64,000 bases of DNA, taken from NCBI GenBank assembly GCA_963666345.1, contig OY762721.1, positions 2,016,001 to 2,080,000 of the forward strand. Direction: 5' to 3'. Shown piece after piece: positions 28,992-40,229 of this stretch. The notes beneath the pieces are model-generated. The model saw only the letters and a list, made by a program, of their open reading frames with translations. It made no database searches and was not told the DNA's origin. Position 1 is the first letter of the stretch. Each line of letters starts with the position of its first letter. Source of the DNA: Desulfatiglandales bacterium (GTDB lineage Bacteria; Desulfobacterota; DSM-4660; Desulfatiglandales; Desulfatiglandaceae). Made by a program: the position numbers and the translations under genes.

Positions 28992-30113
28992 CTATTTTTC
29001 CCACGGGCCGCTGGATGGTTCGGGAAAAACCGCGAATCTCCGGCCTATGAAATTACCGACAAGACCTGCCGTGCTTGCAGAAAGCTTTGCGATAAAAGGC
29101 CAAAAGCCAATCGACATTAAAGAGCTTGTGATGACAAGGTCCAATAAAACCATAAAACAGACAACCAGAAAATATATGAACACTTCCATAGCTGAATTCC
29201 ATTTTGCCCGGTGCCTGAACAAAAGCTTAATACATAAAATATAGTTTACAGCCGCAGCAAAAATAAACGCAACCGGGGCAGCCACAAACACCTCAAGATC
29301 AAACCGTAACAACAGAAGGAATACCGCAAGGTTTACAAGCGCCGCAGTACCGCCGATAAAGAGGTAAAAGAGGAATTGAACCGGAACAGGCGCCCTGTAT
29401 GCATTGTACCTGAAGATGCAGTACAACGCCCTGAAACCGTCTTTTACCCCTATTTTTTTACCTTCCCCGTAGGTCCTGCCATAATAGGATATCCCCATTT
29501 CAAAAATTCTTACCCTCATGTGAGCGACTTTTGCCACTATCTCCGGCTCAAAGCCGAAGCGGTTTTCCCTGATATCGATCTGTTCAATTATCTCTCTTTT
29601 AAAGACCTTGTAGCAGGTCTCCATATCGGTCAGGTTCAGGTCGGTAAACATATTGGAAATAAATGTAAGAAACCTGTTTCCCATGTAGTGCCAGAAGTGG
29701 AACACCCTGTGCGCACCCCTGGAAAGGAATCTTGAACCGAAAACTACATCGGCCCTGTCTTCAATTATTGGAATTATCAGTCTCTTAAGGTCTTGCGGAT
29801 CGTATTCCAGATCCGCATCCTGAACAGCCACAAGGTCCCCGGTTGCATGCCGGAATCCGGTACGCAGTGCCGCACCCTTACCGGCATTTTCTTTGTGGGA
29901 TACCACCCTTATGTTCTGAAATACCTTATGAAGTTCCTGCGCTATGGCAGGGCTTTTATCGGATGATCCATCATTTACGATTATTACTTCCAGGATTAAA
30001 GAATCATCTTCAATTTCGAGTAGTTTTCGAATGCATTTCTCAAGAGTCGCTTCTTCATTATAGCAGGGGACCACTACACTCAGCTTCATAGCTTTTTCAG
30101 GTGTTTTCTTCAT
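28992..30113 (-). CDS. GT2 glycosyltransferase fused to GtrA-like flippase domain
   Basis: VVPCYNE, QDADLEY, TDMETCYK; C-terminal 4-TM GtrA-like region. Confidence 0.9.
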   Translation of the reverse strand: MKKTPEKAMKLSVVVPCYNEEATLEKCIRKLLEIEDDSLILEVIIVNDGSSDKSPAIAQELHKVFQNIRVVSHKENAGKGAALRTGFRHATGDLVAVQDADLEYDPQDLKRLIIPIIEDRADVVFGSRFLSRGAHRVFHFWHYMGNRFLTFISNMFTDLNLTDMETCYKVFKREIIEQIDIRENRFGFEPEIVAKVAHMRVRIFEMGISYYGRTYGEGKKIGVKDGFRALYCIFRYNAYRAPVPVQFLFYLFIGGTAALVNLAVFLLLLRFDLEVFVAAPVAFIFAAAVNYILCIKLLFRHRAKWNSAMEVFIYFLVVCFMVLLDLVITSSLMSIGFWPFIAKLSASTAGLVGNFIGRRFAVFPEPSSGPWEK

Positions 30114-30160
30114 TAGATAACACAACCCATATCGATGGACTCGTAACAAGTCATAATTGA

Positions 30161-30285
30161 GACGGCAAAGTAAAAAGTCCCAAATGCAAGGCCTGCGAAT
30201 CTTGAGGAATGAGGCGTACGTACAGTACGTCGCAATGACGAAAGATGAAGCATAACGCAGCAGTTGGACTTTTTACGAAGCCGTC
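30161..30285 (+). mobile_element. MITE-like family G, copy 2
   Basis: Near-identical to 22663-22787. Confidence 0.82.
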
Positions 30286-30296
30286 CATATTGATTA

Positions 30297-31811
30297 TCAT
30301 ACCTCCGGATGTCCTTTTTTTATATACAATACAGATCCCTTATCCTGGTAAACCTTCATCCATCCCGGCTCCTTTTGAAGAAGAAGGTTCAATTTCGATC
30401 TTGTTTTTATCAATATCATTTCATGGGGATACTTTGTCAGAAAATTTCTCCATTTTTTTCTGCCATATATAAATTCAAAATATTCCTCGCTATAGGTTTC
30501 CGTATATACGGTTTCATACCTCCCGTCCATTCCCACCAGGCAGCCTGGGTATAAACTCCAGGCGATATATTCCCCCCATTCAAAAAGGGGCAGCAGATTG
30601 CCTTTAAATCCATTGTGCTTGATATATTCGACCGCCCCTGTGGGGAAATAAAACCCCGATAGCCCAACATCTTCCACAGATGCCGACCTGAGATTTAATG
30701 GATTATCAGAAATGATATTTTTGAAAAAAGAGACTGAAGCATCAGCAAAAATAAGGGATAAAAATATGATAAAAACAATTTTTATTCGCCTTAAACCGTG
30801 ACCGACATTATGACTCTTAATCAGTTTCGTACAAAAATCAGTGAAAATCAAAGGCATGAATATCATAAAGGATATTGCGAAAAACACCATGTGCCGAATA
30901 TGCGACACTCCCAGATAGGCCGTTATCGCCAGCATCAGGAAAGGTGTAACTTCCCTCTTTTTATACCAGACAAAAACAGCCAGGCATATTGCGATGGAGA
31001 CGGAAAATAAAATTGCCTGCTCAAGATAAAGCCCGTTTTTAAGACAATAAAAAAGGGAGCGCCATTCCCCTATATTCGACCGGGGCATTAAGATTGCGTT
31101 TGTGATATAGGTCCAGTAATCCAACCCGTAAGGATTAACAAGAGTAACAGCCAGAGACAGGCCCATTATACCGAGATAAGGCAGGAATTTCCTTTTCGAC
31201 AGGGCCTCGCCAAATGAATAGACTCCAATAATCGCAATGCCTGCGACAAAGCCTCCGTGCAGGTTACACCACAGCAACTGAACAGGCAGAAGCCACAAAA
31301 GGCATTTATATTGATTGCTTTTTCTGGCTCTCTCCAACAGATACACTGTAAGAGCAAAAAAGAGATAGGTAAAAACCTGTGCCCTTACAGGACCATAACC
31401 ATACGAAAAAATTTTCAGACTCAATAGAAGAGTGACGGCGAATGAAACGAAATCAGATCCCCTTTTCCTGGAAGTCAAATAGGCAATGAACAAGGTCAGA
31501 AGTGCTAAAGCATATTTTAAAACCTGCAGCCCGGCAGCGCCGGTTGCCTTATACACAGGGAAAAACAGCACTCCCGTCAACCATTCATGATATACCCACA
31601 GATCTCTTGTAGGGGCATACGAAAAAATATCCTTATAAGGAAACCCTTTTCCTTCCCAGAATAGTCTGCCGAAAGCAAGGTAACCCCAGAGATCAAAATC
31701 AGCAAACGTGCCATGCAGGCAGTTGAAGGCAAATATTAAAGACCCGACTGAAACAAGCAATTTATTCAGATTGAAACTTGACTGACTCTCTTCTAAAGCC
31801 ATGGAAACCAC
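30297..31811 (-). CDS. Polytopic membrane protein, probable GT-C glycosyltransferase
   Basis: DFDLWGYLAFGR, HEWL, RAQVF, LWCNLHGGF, DGRYE. Confidence 0.68.
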   Translation of the reverse strand: MVSMALEESQSSFNLNKLLVSVGSLIFAFNCLHGTFADFDLWGYLAFGRLFWEGKGFPYKDIFSYAPTRDLWVYHEWLTGVLFFPVYKATGAAGLQVLKYALALLTLFIAYLTSRKRGSDFVSFAVTLLLSLKIFSYGYGPVRAQVFTYLFFALTVYLLERARKSNQYKCLLWLLPVQLLWCNLHGGFVAGIAIIGVYSFGEALSKRKFLPYLGIMGLSLAVTLVNPYGLDYWTYITNAILMPRSNIGEWRSLFYCLKNGLYLEQAILFSVSIAICLAVFVWYKKREVTPFLMLAITAYLGVSHIRHMVFFAISFMIFMPLIFTDFCTKLIKSHNVGHGLRRIKIVFIIFLSLIFADASVSFFKNIISDNPLNLRSASVEDVGLSGFYFPTGAVEYIKHNGFKGNLLPLFEWGEYIAWSLYPGCLVGMDGRYETVYTETYSEEYFEFIYGRKKWRNFLTKYPHEMILIKTRSKLNLLLQKEPGWMKVYQDKGSVLYIKKGHPEV

Positions 31812-31935
31812 CTTGATTATTTAACTGGTTATAATATATATATCGCAACATGTTCTTTTTTCCACATTTATCTATAACCGCTGCCGTGAAGATGCAAAAG
31901 GATGGTCTGCCGATTCAGTCAAAAGCGCCCCTTGC

Positions 31936-33390
31936 ATGGAAATTGTGAAAATGGATGCTGAAAGTCCCAAGAAACTTCATTACACTAAAGAGAGGTTAGC
32001 GCACTGGAACGGTGTGGCCCTTAAGATGGATTCATGGAAGGGAGCGGGGGCCTTATATCACAGGCGGCTAAAAAAGATTTTTCAGGCCTGCGTACACCCC
32101 GGACAGAGGATACTTGAGATCGGCTGCGGACAGGGCGACCTCCTGGCCGCGCTTAAGCCCACTTTTGGAGTTGGAATCGATCTCTCCGACGAGATGATAA
32201 GGCACGCCGGGACTAAATTTGCAAACCTTGAATTTATACAGGCCGACATCCACCGGTTACCGCTCGATACCACATTTGATGTAATCATACTCTCCGATCT
32301 TGTGAATGACCTCTGGGATGTTGAGGCCGCCTTTCGTCAATTGCAGAAGGTCTCAAGACCTGACACCCGTCTGATAATAAACACCTACAGCAGACTGTGG
32401 GAAGCGCCTCTTGCCCTTGCGCGCCGGTTCGGGCTTGCCAAACCCTGTCTTGAGCAGAACTGGCTCACGCTCGAGGATATTTGCGGACTTTTGAATCTTG
32501 CAGATTACGAACCGGTTCATTCATCGGAAGAGATAATATGGCCTTTTCCCACGCCCTTGATTGAATCGTTTATAAACAGATACCTGGTAAAATTGTGGCC
32601 GTTTACAGCACTGGCTCTTACTCATCTGATCGTGGCGCGCTCCGTATCCGCTTCAAACAAGCGCGATGAACAAGACACCGTCTCGGTAATAATCCCGGCA
32701 AGGAACGAGGCCGGATCAATACAATCAATTTTCGAGCGTACCCCGGAGATGGGAAAAGAAACCGAGCTTGTCTTTATAGAAGGCGGCTCCTCGGACAATA
32801 CGTGGGATGAAATCATACGTTGCAGAGACCTCTTTCCTGAACGTAAATGCATACTTCTCAAACAGCAAGGGGAGGGTAAGGGAGACGCAGTCCGTCTGGG
32901 ATTCGCCCATGCAACAGGGGACATCTTCATGATCCTTGACTCTGACCTTACAGTGCCACCTGAGATGCTCCCGCGGTTTTATGACGCCCTTCACTCGGGA
33001 AAAGGGGAATTCATAAACGGCGTACGCCTTGTATATCCTGTCGAAAAAAAGGCAATGAGGTTTTTCAACCTTGTTGGCAATAAATTTTTCTCCCTTGCAT
33101 TTACGTGGCTGCTGGGGCAGCCAATAAAAGACACCCTGTGCGGAACAAAGGCCTTGTGGAGAGATGACTACCTCAAGATTTCCAATAACAGGGCAATATG
33201 GGGCATCACTGATCCATTCGGCGACTTTGAACTTCTTTTCGGGGCAGCCAGGCAGAAGCTGAAAATCGTCGAAATTCCCGTCCGGTACAGCGACCGCATG
33301 TACGGGCAGACGAATATTCACAGGTGGCGCCACGGATGGCTTCTAATCAAGATGGCCCTCTGCGCTCTTAGAAAACTTAAATGTGTTTAA
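31936..33390 (+). CDS. SAM methyltransferase-GT2 fusion
   Basis: LEIGCGQG; C-terminal IIPARNE, ILDSDL, DTLCGTK. Confidence 0.9.
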   Translation: MEIVKMDAESPKKLHYTKERLAHWNGVALKMDSWKGAGALYHRRLKKIFQACVHPGQRILEIGCGQGDLLAALKPTFGVGIDLSDEMIRHAGTKFANLEFIQADIHRLPLDTTFDVIILSDLVNDLWDVEAAFRQLQKVSRPDTRLIINTYSRLWEAPLALARRFGLAKPCLEQNWLTLEDICGLLNLADYEPVHSSEEIIWPFPTPLIESFINRYLVKLWPFTALALTHLIVARSVSASNKRDEQDTVSVIIPARNEAGSIQSIFERTPEMGKETELVFIEGGSSDNTWDEIIRCRDLFPERKCILLKQQGEGKGDAVRLGFAHATGDIFMILDSDLTVPPEMLPRFYDALHSGKGEFINGVRLVYPVEKKAMRFFNLVGNKFFSLAFTWLLGQPIKDTLCGTKALWRDDYLKISNNRAIWGITDPFGDFELLFGAARQKLKIVEIPVRYSDRMYGQTNIHRWRHGWLLIKMALCALRKLKCV

Positions 33391-33432
33391 TCAAGTCATT
33401 ATCGATTATTTTCTCTTAGGGGCATAGTCGCG

Positions 33433-34215
33433 ATGAAAAACTCTCGCAGAGTACGGGAGCTTAGGCATAGCAGGAAACTTGCGGCACTGGATACTGAACA
33501 TGTGTGGGGATGGAATACCCCGGCCGGAAGGTTAAGGGCACAACGACGGGCCCGCTTGATTGCGGAACGAGCCTGTCTGGGGGCAGGCACCTTCGCATTG
33601 GAAATAGGTTGCGGCACAGGTTTTTTCACAAAATTTTTCGCGCAAACCGGTGCGCGTATCACTGCAATCGATATCTCACCTCAACTCCTCTCAATTGCCG
33701 GCACCCGCCTGGCAAAATTCAATAATGTTGAGTTAATCCGGACCTCGTTCGAGGATTGTTCTCTTAAGGGTCCTTACGATGCAATAATTGGATCCTCGAT
33801 ACTTCACCATCTTGATATCCATATAGCCTTGAGAAAGGCCCAACGGCTCTTGAGGCCTGGTGGAATTGCATGTTTTGCTGAACCGAATCTTCTAAATCCA
33901 CACGTGTTTCTTATAAAAAAAATCCCCTGGCTTAAACGACTTGCCATGGAATCACCTGATGAAACCGCTTTTCAGCGCTGGATATTACAGGGCCTCCTGG
34001 TGAAATCAGAATTTGAACAGATCGAGATTCTTCCCTTTGATTGGGTCCACCCATGGACGCCTAGATCGCTTATTCCAATGGTAACCAGATTGGGAATCGG
34101 ACTTGAGAAAATCACACTGATCCGGGAATTCGCAGGCTCTCTTCTTATCACTTGCCGCCGACCTAAAAATGGACTGCAGGATAAAAATTCGAGCCAAAAA
34201 TTATTTTTATCATGA
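33433..34215 (+). CDS. Class I SAM-dependent methyltransferase
   Basis: LEIGCGTG, ILHHL, LRPGG. Confidence 0.9.
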   Translation: MKNSRRVRELRHSRKLAALDTEHVWGWNTPAGRLRAQRRARLIAERACLGAGTFALEIGCGTGFFTKFFAQTGARITAIDISPQLLSIAGTRLAKFNNVELIRTSFEDCSLKGPYDAIIGSSILHHLDIHIALRKAQRLLRPGGIACFAEPNLLNPHVFLIKKIPWLKRLAMESPDETAFQRWILQGLLVKSEFEQIEILPFDWVHPWTPRSLIPMVTRLGIGLEKITLIREFAGSLLITCRRPKNGLQDKNSSQKLFLS

Positions 34216-35882
34216 AAAGCATACCCAACATAAGAAAAGCCCTGATAGCATTTATCCTCTTAATCGCCATTTCGGGAGTTTACTTTCAGGTAGGCTCTTT
34301 TGATTTTGTGGCTTTTGATGATGATAGTTACGTCTTTAACAATCCGGTCGTCCGCCAGGGCGTCTCATGGAAAGGAATTCTGTGGGCATTTGATTTTTCG
34401 CGCAGCCTGACAGCAACATACTGGCATCCGGTAACCTGGATATCCCATATGGTCGATTGTGAGATCTTCTCTCTCAATCCGGGTGCTCACCATCTCATAA
34501 ATGTAGCGTTTCATTATGCTTCAAGCGTGCTTCTCTTCGTTATTCTCATTAAAATAACCGGGGCACCCTGGAAAAGCGCGTTTGTTGCGATGCTTTTCGC
34601 TGTCCACCCACTAAATGTGGAATCAGTGGCATGGATAGCTGAGCGAAAAAGCGTCCTGAGCACTTTCTTCTGGATGCTTACCACACTGGCATACCTGAGA
34701 TACACGAGGAAACGATCGTTTTTCTCATACCTTGTTATCCTGGCACTTTTTGCCATAGGCCTTATGTCAAAGCCGGTGCTGGTAACCCTGCCCTTTGTTT
34801 TTATTCTGCTCGACTTCTGGCCGTTAGGACGGCTCAACTCATTAGCTTTGAATAATAAAGCCGGAAATCCTTCTCACCTGAAAGCTATTGATGCCCGTGC
34901 ATTTCCAGTCCTCAAAAAACTACTTTTAGAAAAAACCCCTCTCTTTTTGATGTCCATTGCCTCAGTGGCGGTATCATCGCTGTCATTGCAAGGCAAAGGG
35001 AACCTAATAGGGACTGAAACCATTTCTATGGGCCAGCGCATAGGCCATGGCCTTGTCTCATATGCTATGTATATTGGGAAGATATTATGGCCAACGGATA
35101 TGTCTGTCTTCTATCCCCCGCCTGATACTACGCCATTACTCCATTCAGTATGTGCTGCGCTCTTACTGGCATTTATAACGATCCTGACGGCAGTTTTAAG
35201 GAATAAAAGGCCCTATCTTCTTTTCGGCTGGCTCTGGTATTGTATCACGCTTACTCCGATGATTGGACTCATGAGGGCGGGATTATGGCCTGCAATGGCC
35301 GACCGTTTCACCTATATTCCCTCTATAGGCATTTTTATTATGCTTACGTGGCTGACCGCAGACCTGTTAGCATACATGAAGATGTCAAGACCTTTTGTTG
35401 TATTTTTTGGCATTGCTGTTGCGATATCTTTGGCTGGTGCAACTCATTTTCAGGTTCGCCACTGGCAAGGCACCAGGCCGCTTTTTGAACATGCACTCCG
35501 GGTAACTGAAAATAATTATCTTGCACATTTCAAACTCTTTATGCTTGAAAAATCGGAAGGAAAAAAAGAAGAAGCGACCTGGCACTACAATAAGGCCCTC
35601 ACACTGAACCCCACCTTTGTTGCAATGGGCCACAATGTGCTTGGATACAAATTCGCGATCAAAGGAAAGCTGGAGGAGGCAAAAATAGAATTTTTAAAGG
35701 CGGTTGAAATATTACCGGCCTACGCGGAAACACGCAACAATCTGGGCGTGGTTCTGGCCCGAATGGGTGATTATGAAAAGGCCGCTTTTCATTTAAAGCA
35801 GGCTATTAAAATCGATCCAAACTTCATGAAAGCCAGGGAAAACCTAAATAATATCAGGTGTAAAAAATTAGAAAACAAATAG
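34212..35882 (+). CDS. TMTC-like GT-C membrane protein with TPRs
   Basis: FDDDSYV, WHPVTW, HPLNVESVAW..ERK, ADRFTY; C-terminal TPR. Confidence 0.88.
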   Translation: MKSIPNIRKALIAFILLIAISGVYFQVGSFDFVAFDDDSYVFNNPVVRQGVSWKGILWAFDFSRSLTATYWHPVTWISHMVDCEIFSLNPGAHHLINVAFHYASSVLLFVILIKITGAPWKSAFVAMLFAVHPLNVESVAWIAERKSVLSTFFWMLTTLAYLRYTRKRSFFSYLVILALFAIGLMSKPVLVTLPFVFILLDFWPLGRLNSLALNNKAGNPSHLKAIDARAFPVLKKLLLEKTPLFLMSIASVAVSSLSLQGKGNLIGTETISMGQRIGHGLVSYAMYIGKILWPTDMSVFYPPPDTTPLLHSVCAALLLAFITILTAVLRNKRPYLLFGWLWYCITLTPMIGLMRAGLWPAMADRFTYIPSIGIFIMLTWLTADLLAYMKMSRPFVVFFGIAVAISLAGATHFQVRHWQGTRPLFEHALRVTENNYLAHFKLFMLEKSEGKKEEATWHYNKALTLNPTFVAMGHNVLGYKFAIKGKLEEAKIEFLKAVEILPAYAETRNNLGVVLARMGDYEKAAFHLKQAIKIDPNFMKARENLNNIRCKKLENK

Positions 35883-35904
35883 GGATAGATCTACAAGATT
35901 ATTT

Positions 35905-36040
35905 CTAAGTCCTTTAAGGGGAAGCCCTCTCCCTCCCAGAATATTCTGCCGAAAGCAAGGTAACCCCAGAGACCAAAATCAGCGAACGTGCCATGCAGGC
36001 AGTTGAGGGCAAATATTGAACTCCCGACTAAAATCAATAT
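35905..36040 (-). pseudogene. 5' fragment duplicated from gene 30297-31811
   Basis: High nucleotide identity to ~31630-31755 (NCLHGTFADF.LWGYLAFGR). Confidence 0.85.
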
Positions 36041-36336
36041 ATCTTTTCTTTTTTTATTAATTGGTTGCATTAATTTTAACCAAGCCGCCCTTTCCATTTT
36101 GGATTCTGTAACACACAATTTCCATAAAACCGATTTAAGTGTAGAACCTATGAAAAAATTGCTATACCCTTTACAATTAAAAACAACGCTGAAAAACTGG
36201 CATCTACCAAAGTCGCTTCGCTGCGATTTCCACGCTCGCTTGTGGGGTAATCCTCTTGACGGGGCAGTAGGAGTGCTTGTGAATCCAGCGTGATTCAAAA
36301 AATAAATCCATTTTAACTAATTATTAAAAAAATATT

Positions 36337-37977
36337 GTGAAACATATTAAACCCAATCATAACATTTTGACACCCCAGGTCTCCCCTGAACGGGCCATAG
36401 GATGCGTCCTAATCGCCCTCGTCTTATCATGCTATGGCCGGGTAATTTACAACGGTTACATTCCCCTTGACGACCCCAACTATCTCTTTCTCAATGAGCA
36501 GATAAGGCAGGGCTTGAGCCTTGAAAACATAAAATGGGCATTTAAGAGCCTTACTATGTCAAACTGGCATCCTGTAACCTGGATATCCTATTTTATGGAT
36601 TACGAAATATACGGGATGAGCCCCGCAGGTTTTCATCTGACGAATTTATTTCTTCACGCGGCAAACACCCTCCTCGTCTTTCTTTTCCTGCGCAAGGCCA
36701 CAGGTAAATTGTGGCAGTCAGCTTTGGTTGCATCGATTTTTGGTCTGCACCCCATACATGTGGAATCGGTTGCATGGCTTTCGGAGCGAAAAGACGTATT
36801 GAGTGTGTTTTTCGGCATGATTTCTCTGTCGGCCTATGTTGATTACAGCAAAAATCCCTCCTTTGGGAGATATCTCCTTGTTTCAACCAGCCTTATCCTG
36901 GGTCTTATGTCCAAGCCGATGCTCGTTACACTGCCGTTTTTATTTCTGTTGCTCGATTACTGGCCCCTCCAAAGATTTGACAAATCAAATGAAAAAAAAA
37001 CCACATTCTTACATATCATACTGGAGAAAACACCTCTTATTGCTCTTTCCCTACTGTCAAGCATTATAACCTTAATTGCTCAAAAAGCAGCCATGACTTC
37101 AAACCTAACAGAAAATATCTCCATAGCCTACAGGGTGTTGAACACAGGTTTGTCATATATAACTTATTTAAAAAAAATCTTCTGGCCTCTGGACCTGGCA
37201 ATATTCTATCCTCACCCTGGAATGACACTTCCTGCCTGGAAAGGAATTGCTTCCATCTTGTTTCTTTTTTTAATAACATTGTTCGTCTTAAAAAATTACA
37301 GGAAATGGCCCTTTGCCGCAACCGGCTGGATTTGGTTTCTCGGCACATTGGTTCCTGTTATAGGAATTGTACAGGTGGGAATGCAGTCCATGGCTGATCG
37401 ATATGTCTATCTTCCGGCCGTAGGGTTATACATGGCAGTTGTGTGGTCAGTAAGTTTTTTTATTAAAAAATATATTAAAATGAAATCGATATCTCCTTTA
37501 ATGATTTCATTTCTTGTCATACTGCTATCCATTGCGACATTCAAGCAACTATCGCATTGGAAGGACGGAGAGTCCGTCTTCAGATATGCTCTTGCCGTTA
37601 CAGAGGACAACTATCTTGCTCATCACGCGCTTGGTAAAATTGAAAAAAACCGTGGAAATTTTGAAAAGGCCGCTTTTCATTACAACAGCGCCCTTGATTT
37701 AAACCCCACCTTTGTTGCCCTTGAGCATAACAAAACCGGGTTTAAAATGGCGGAAAATGGAAAGTTTGACCAAGCTGTAAAGGAATTCTCAATGGCGCTG
37801 ACAATAAATGATCACTACGCAAATGCGCACAACAATCTTGCCGTGGTTTTGGCCCGAACAGGAAATTTTGAAAAGGCCGCTTTTCATTTGAAAAAGGCCG
37901 TTCAGCTTGATCCAGGCTTTAAAAAGGCGAAAATGAATCTTGACAATATTTTAAAACAAAAGCCGGATTTAAAATGA
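36337..37977 (+). CDS. TMTC-like GT-C membrane protein with TPRs (paralog)
   Basis: LDDPNY, WHPVTW, HVESVAW.SERK, ADRYVY; TPR. Confidence 0.88.
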   Translation: MKHIKPNHNILTPQVSPERAIGCVLIALVLSCYGRVIYNGYIPLDDPNYLFLNEQIRQGLSLENIKWAFKSLTMSNWHPVTWISYFMDYEIYGMSPAGFHLTNLFLHAANTLLVFLFLRKATGKLWQSALVASIFGLHPIHVESVAWLSERKDVLSVFFGMISLSAYVDYSKNPSFGRYLLVSTSLILGLMSKPMLVTLPFLFLLLDYWPLQRFDKSNEKKTTFLHIILEKTPLIALSLLSSIITLIAQKAAMTSNLTENISIAYRVLNTGLSYITYLKKIFWPLDLAIFYPHPGMTLPAWKGIASILFLFLITLFVLKNYRKWPFAATGWIWFLGTLVPVIGIVQVGMQSMADRYVYLPAVGLYMAVVWSVSFFIKKYIKMKSISPLMISFLVILLSIATFKQLSHWKDGESVFRYALAVTEDNYLAHHALGKIEKNRGNFEKAAFHYNSALDLNPTFVALEHNKTGFKMAENGKFDQAVKEFSMALTINDHYANAHNNLAVVLARTGNFEKAAFHLKKAVQLDPGFKKAKMNLDNILKQKPDLK

Positions 37978-38058
37978 AAAGACGATTTATCAAAATAGTT
38001 TTTAATTCCCCCCTTTATATATAAGGGCCTGAAAGGCAGGAGAATTGAGGCGATTAAA

Positions 38059-38943
38059 ATGCCTGAAATAAGTATTATAATCCCCGCATACCGGGAGGAA
38101 AAGGTTATAGGCACGGTTGTCAGCGGCATACGCAGTGTCATGGATGATTCGGATAGAAGCTATGAAATACTGGTGATAAATGACGGATCAGACGATGATA
38201 CGGCCGCTGAGGCGGAAAAAGCCGGTGCGTGCGTGATATCCCACCCGTACAATATCGGAAACGGGGCCGCCGTAAAGACCGGGATCAGGAACGCAAAGGG
38301 AGATATCCTTGTCACCATAGACGGTGACGGACAGCACTCTCCCCACGACATACCCAGGCTGCTTGAAAAAATGGATACCTATGATATGGCGGTCGGCGCT
38401 CGAACGAACGATTCGGAGGCATCTTTTCATCGAAAAGCAGCGAATTGGGTCTACAACCGTTTTGCGAGCTATATGTGCAAAAGAAAAATAGAGGACCTCA
38501 CTTCCGGATTTAGGGCCATAAAACCGGATATCGCCAAACGCTTCATCTCCCTTCTGCCAAATACCTTCTCCTATCCCACAACAATCACCATGGCGGTCGT
38601 GCGTTCAGGGCACAGCCTTGTGTACGTTCCGATAAAGGCTGCTGGCCGCGTGGGTAAAAGCAAGATAAGGCTAATGGAGGACGGCTCGCGGTTCCTGCTG
38701 ATTATCATCAGGATCGCCACCCTTTTTTCACCTCTCCGGATCTTCATCCCTGTCAGCGCCTCCATGTTCTTTGCCGGACTATTCTACGGTCTTTACAAAA
38801 TATTCTTCCTAGAGGCACGATACGGTCCAACCGCCGCCATGCTGATGACAGTGGCAGTTGTTATATTCATGGTAGGGCTTGTATCGGAACAGGTGGCACA
38901 GTTGAGGTTCAACAGAAGTGAAACATATTATAACAAAAGATAA
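38059..38943 (+). CDS. GT2 glycosyltransferase with C-terminal TM helices
   Basis: IIPAYRE, NDGS.D, DGDGQH, TSGFRA. Confidence 0.92.
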   Translation: MPEISIIIPAYREEKVIGTVVSGIRSVMDDSDRSYEILVINDGSDDDTAAEAEKAGACVISHPYNIGNGAAVKTGIRNAKGDILVTIDGDGQHSPHDIPRLLEKMDTYDMAVGARTNDSEASFHRKAANWVYNRFASYMCKRKIEDLTSGFRAIKPDIAKRFISLLPNTFSYPTTITMAVVRSGHSLVYVPIKAAGRVGKSKIRLMEDGSRFLLIIIRIATLFSPLRIFIPVSASMFFAGLFYGLYKIFFLEARYGPTAAMLMTVAVVIFMVGLVSEQVAQLRFNRSETYYNKR

Positions 38944-39027
38944 TTCAAATATAGGTCAAATATAAAATGTTGGACGATACACTGCATTAAGCATTTTATT
39001 TTTATAAGTTCTCTACCGAGAAGGATT

Positions 39028-40167
39028 ATGCGCATACTTGTATTTACTCAACAACTCGCTGCCTTTAGAAGCGGAGTTGGGACTTATACATCAGGCCTGA
39101 TTAAAGGATTGAGGGAGATTGGACATCAGATTACAGTAGTAGCCCCCACTGATGAAATTATTACAAATTCAGATTTAAATATTATTAAAGTCCAACCTTT
39201 TCGGTTCGATCCAACTCCTGGCGGCTGGTTAAGCTTAGGCATGTCATTTGCTAAAGTTCTATCACAGGAGGCAATGAAACATGACATCGCTCATTTTACG
39301 GATGCGAGGGAGGCATGGTTTGTTCGAAAATCTCCGATTCCAGTCACTGGAATGATCAATGATTCTTATGCTTTGGACTGGCTGGAGGAAACATTTCCAT
39401 GTAAACTTTTCACGGATCGGCATTTGCGAACCTTTTACTATTGTTTTCTTCGCAAAGTGGAAAGACATACCTACCACCGTCTTTCTTCACTTATAGTAAA
39501 TGGGTCATATGTTGGCCAAAAGATTATGAAGAAATACCAAATACCCTCTGGAAAAGTACAACGGATTTATTACGGCCTTCCTGATTTACCCACAGTTCCA
39601 AGAATACAACTGGAAGGCTCGCCTTCAATACTTTTTGTAGGAGGCAATTTCCAGCGAAAAGGCCTTCCTGTTCTTTTGCACGCAATTGCTATATTACTCT
39701 TACGATTTCCTGACATCCGGTTGCATGTTGTTGGCAAAGATCGTAATCAATCATTACTTGTATTGGAAGCACATAAACTTGGGATCTATGATGCAGTAGA
39801 ATTTCATGGCTTGCAACCGAATGATACGGTTCGAGGCATGATGTATGGCACTGATATTTTTGTTCTTCCATCTTTCAGTGAAAGCTTCGGCCTAGTTTAT
39901 TTAGAAGCCATGAGGGCAGGAACACCAGTAATAGCGACATCAATGGGAGGAGCAAAAGAGGTTTTTGTTAACGGTAAAGAAGTTCTTTTTGTTGATCCAA
40001 GAAACGAAAAAAGGCTTACAAATGCTATCCAAAAAATTGCATCTAACCCAGATATTGCTCGTAAGTTAAGTAAGTACGGGCAAGATTCGGCAAAACGTTT
40101 TACCATTGATGCCATGGCAAGGGCAACAGAGAAAGTTTTTAGAAATATTTTGTCATCTTGCCATTAA
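39028..40167 (+). CDS. GT4 glycosyltransferase
   Basis: RKG, ESFGLVYLEAM. Confidence 0.92.
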   Translation: MRILVFTQQLAAFRSGVGTYTSGLIKGLREIGHQITVVAPTDEIITNSDLNIIKVQPFRFDPTPGGWLSLGMSFAKVLSQEAMKHDIAHFTDAREAWFVRKSPIPVTGMINDSYALDWLEETFPCKLFTDRHLRTFYYCFLRKVERHTYHRLSSLIVNGSYVGQKIMKKYQIPSGKVQRIYYGLPDLPTVPRIQLEGSPSILFVGGNFQRKGLPVLLHAIAILLLRFPDIRLHVVGKDRNQSLLVLEAHKLGIYDAVEFHGLQPNDTVRGMMYGTDIFVLPSFSESFGLVYLEAMRAGTPVIATSMGGAKEVFVNGKEVLFVDPRNEKRLTNAIQKIASNPDIARKLSKYGQDSAKRFTIDAMARATEKVFRNILSSCH

Positions 40168-40229
40168 GCAGAATTGTACTGAATATTTAGAAATATTTTT
40201 CTGAAAGACCAAAACTACCAAAGGGATAT

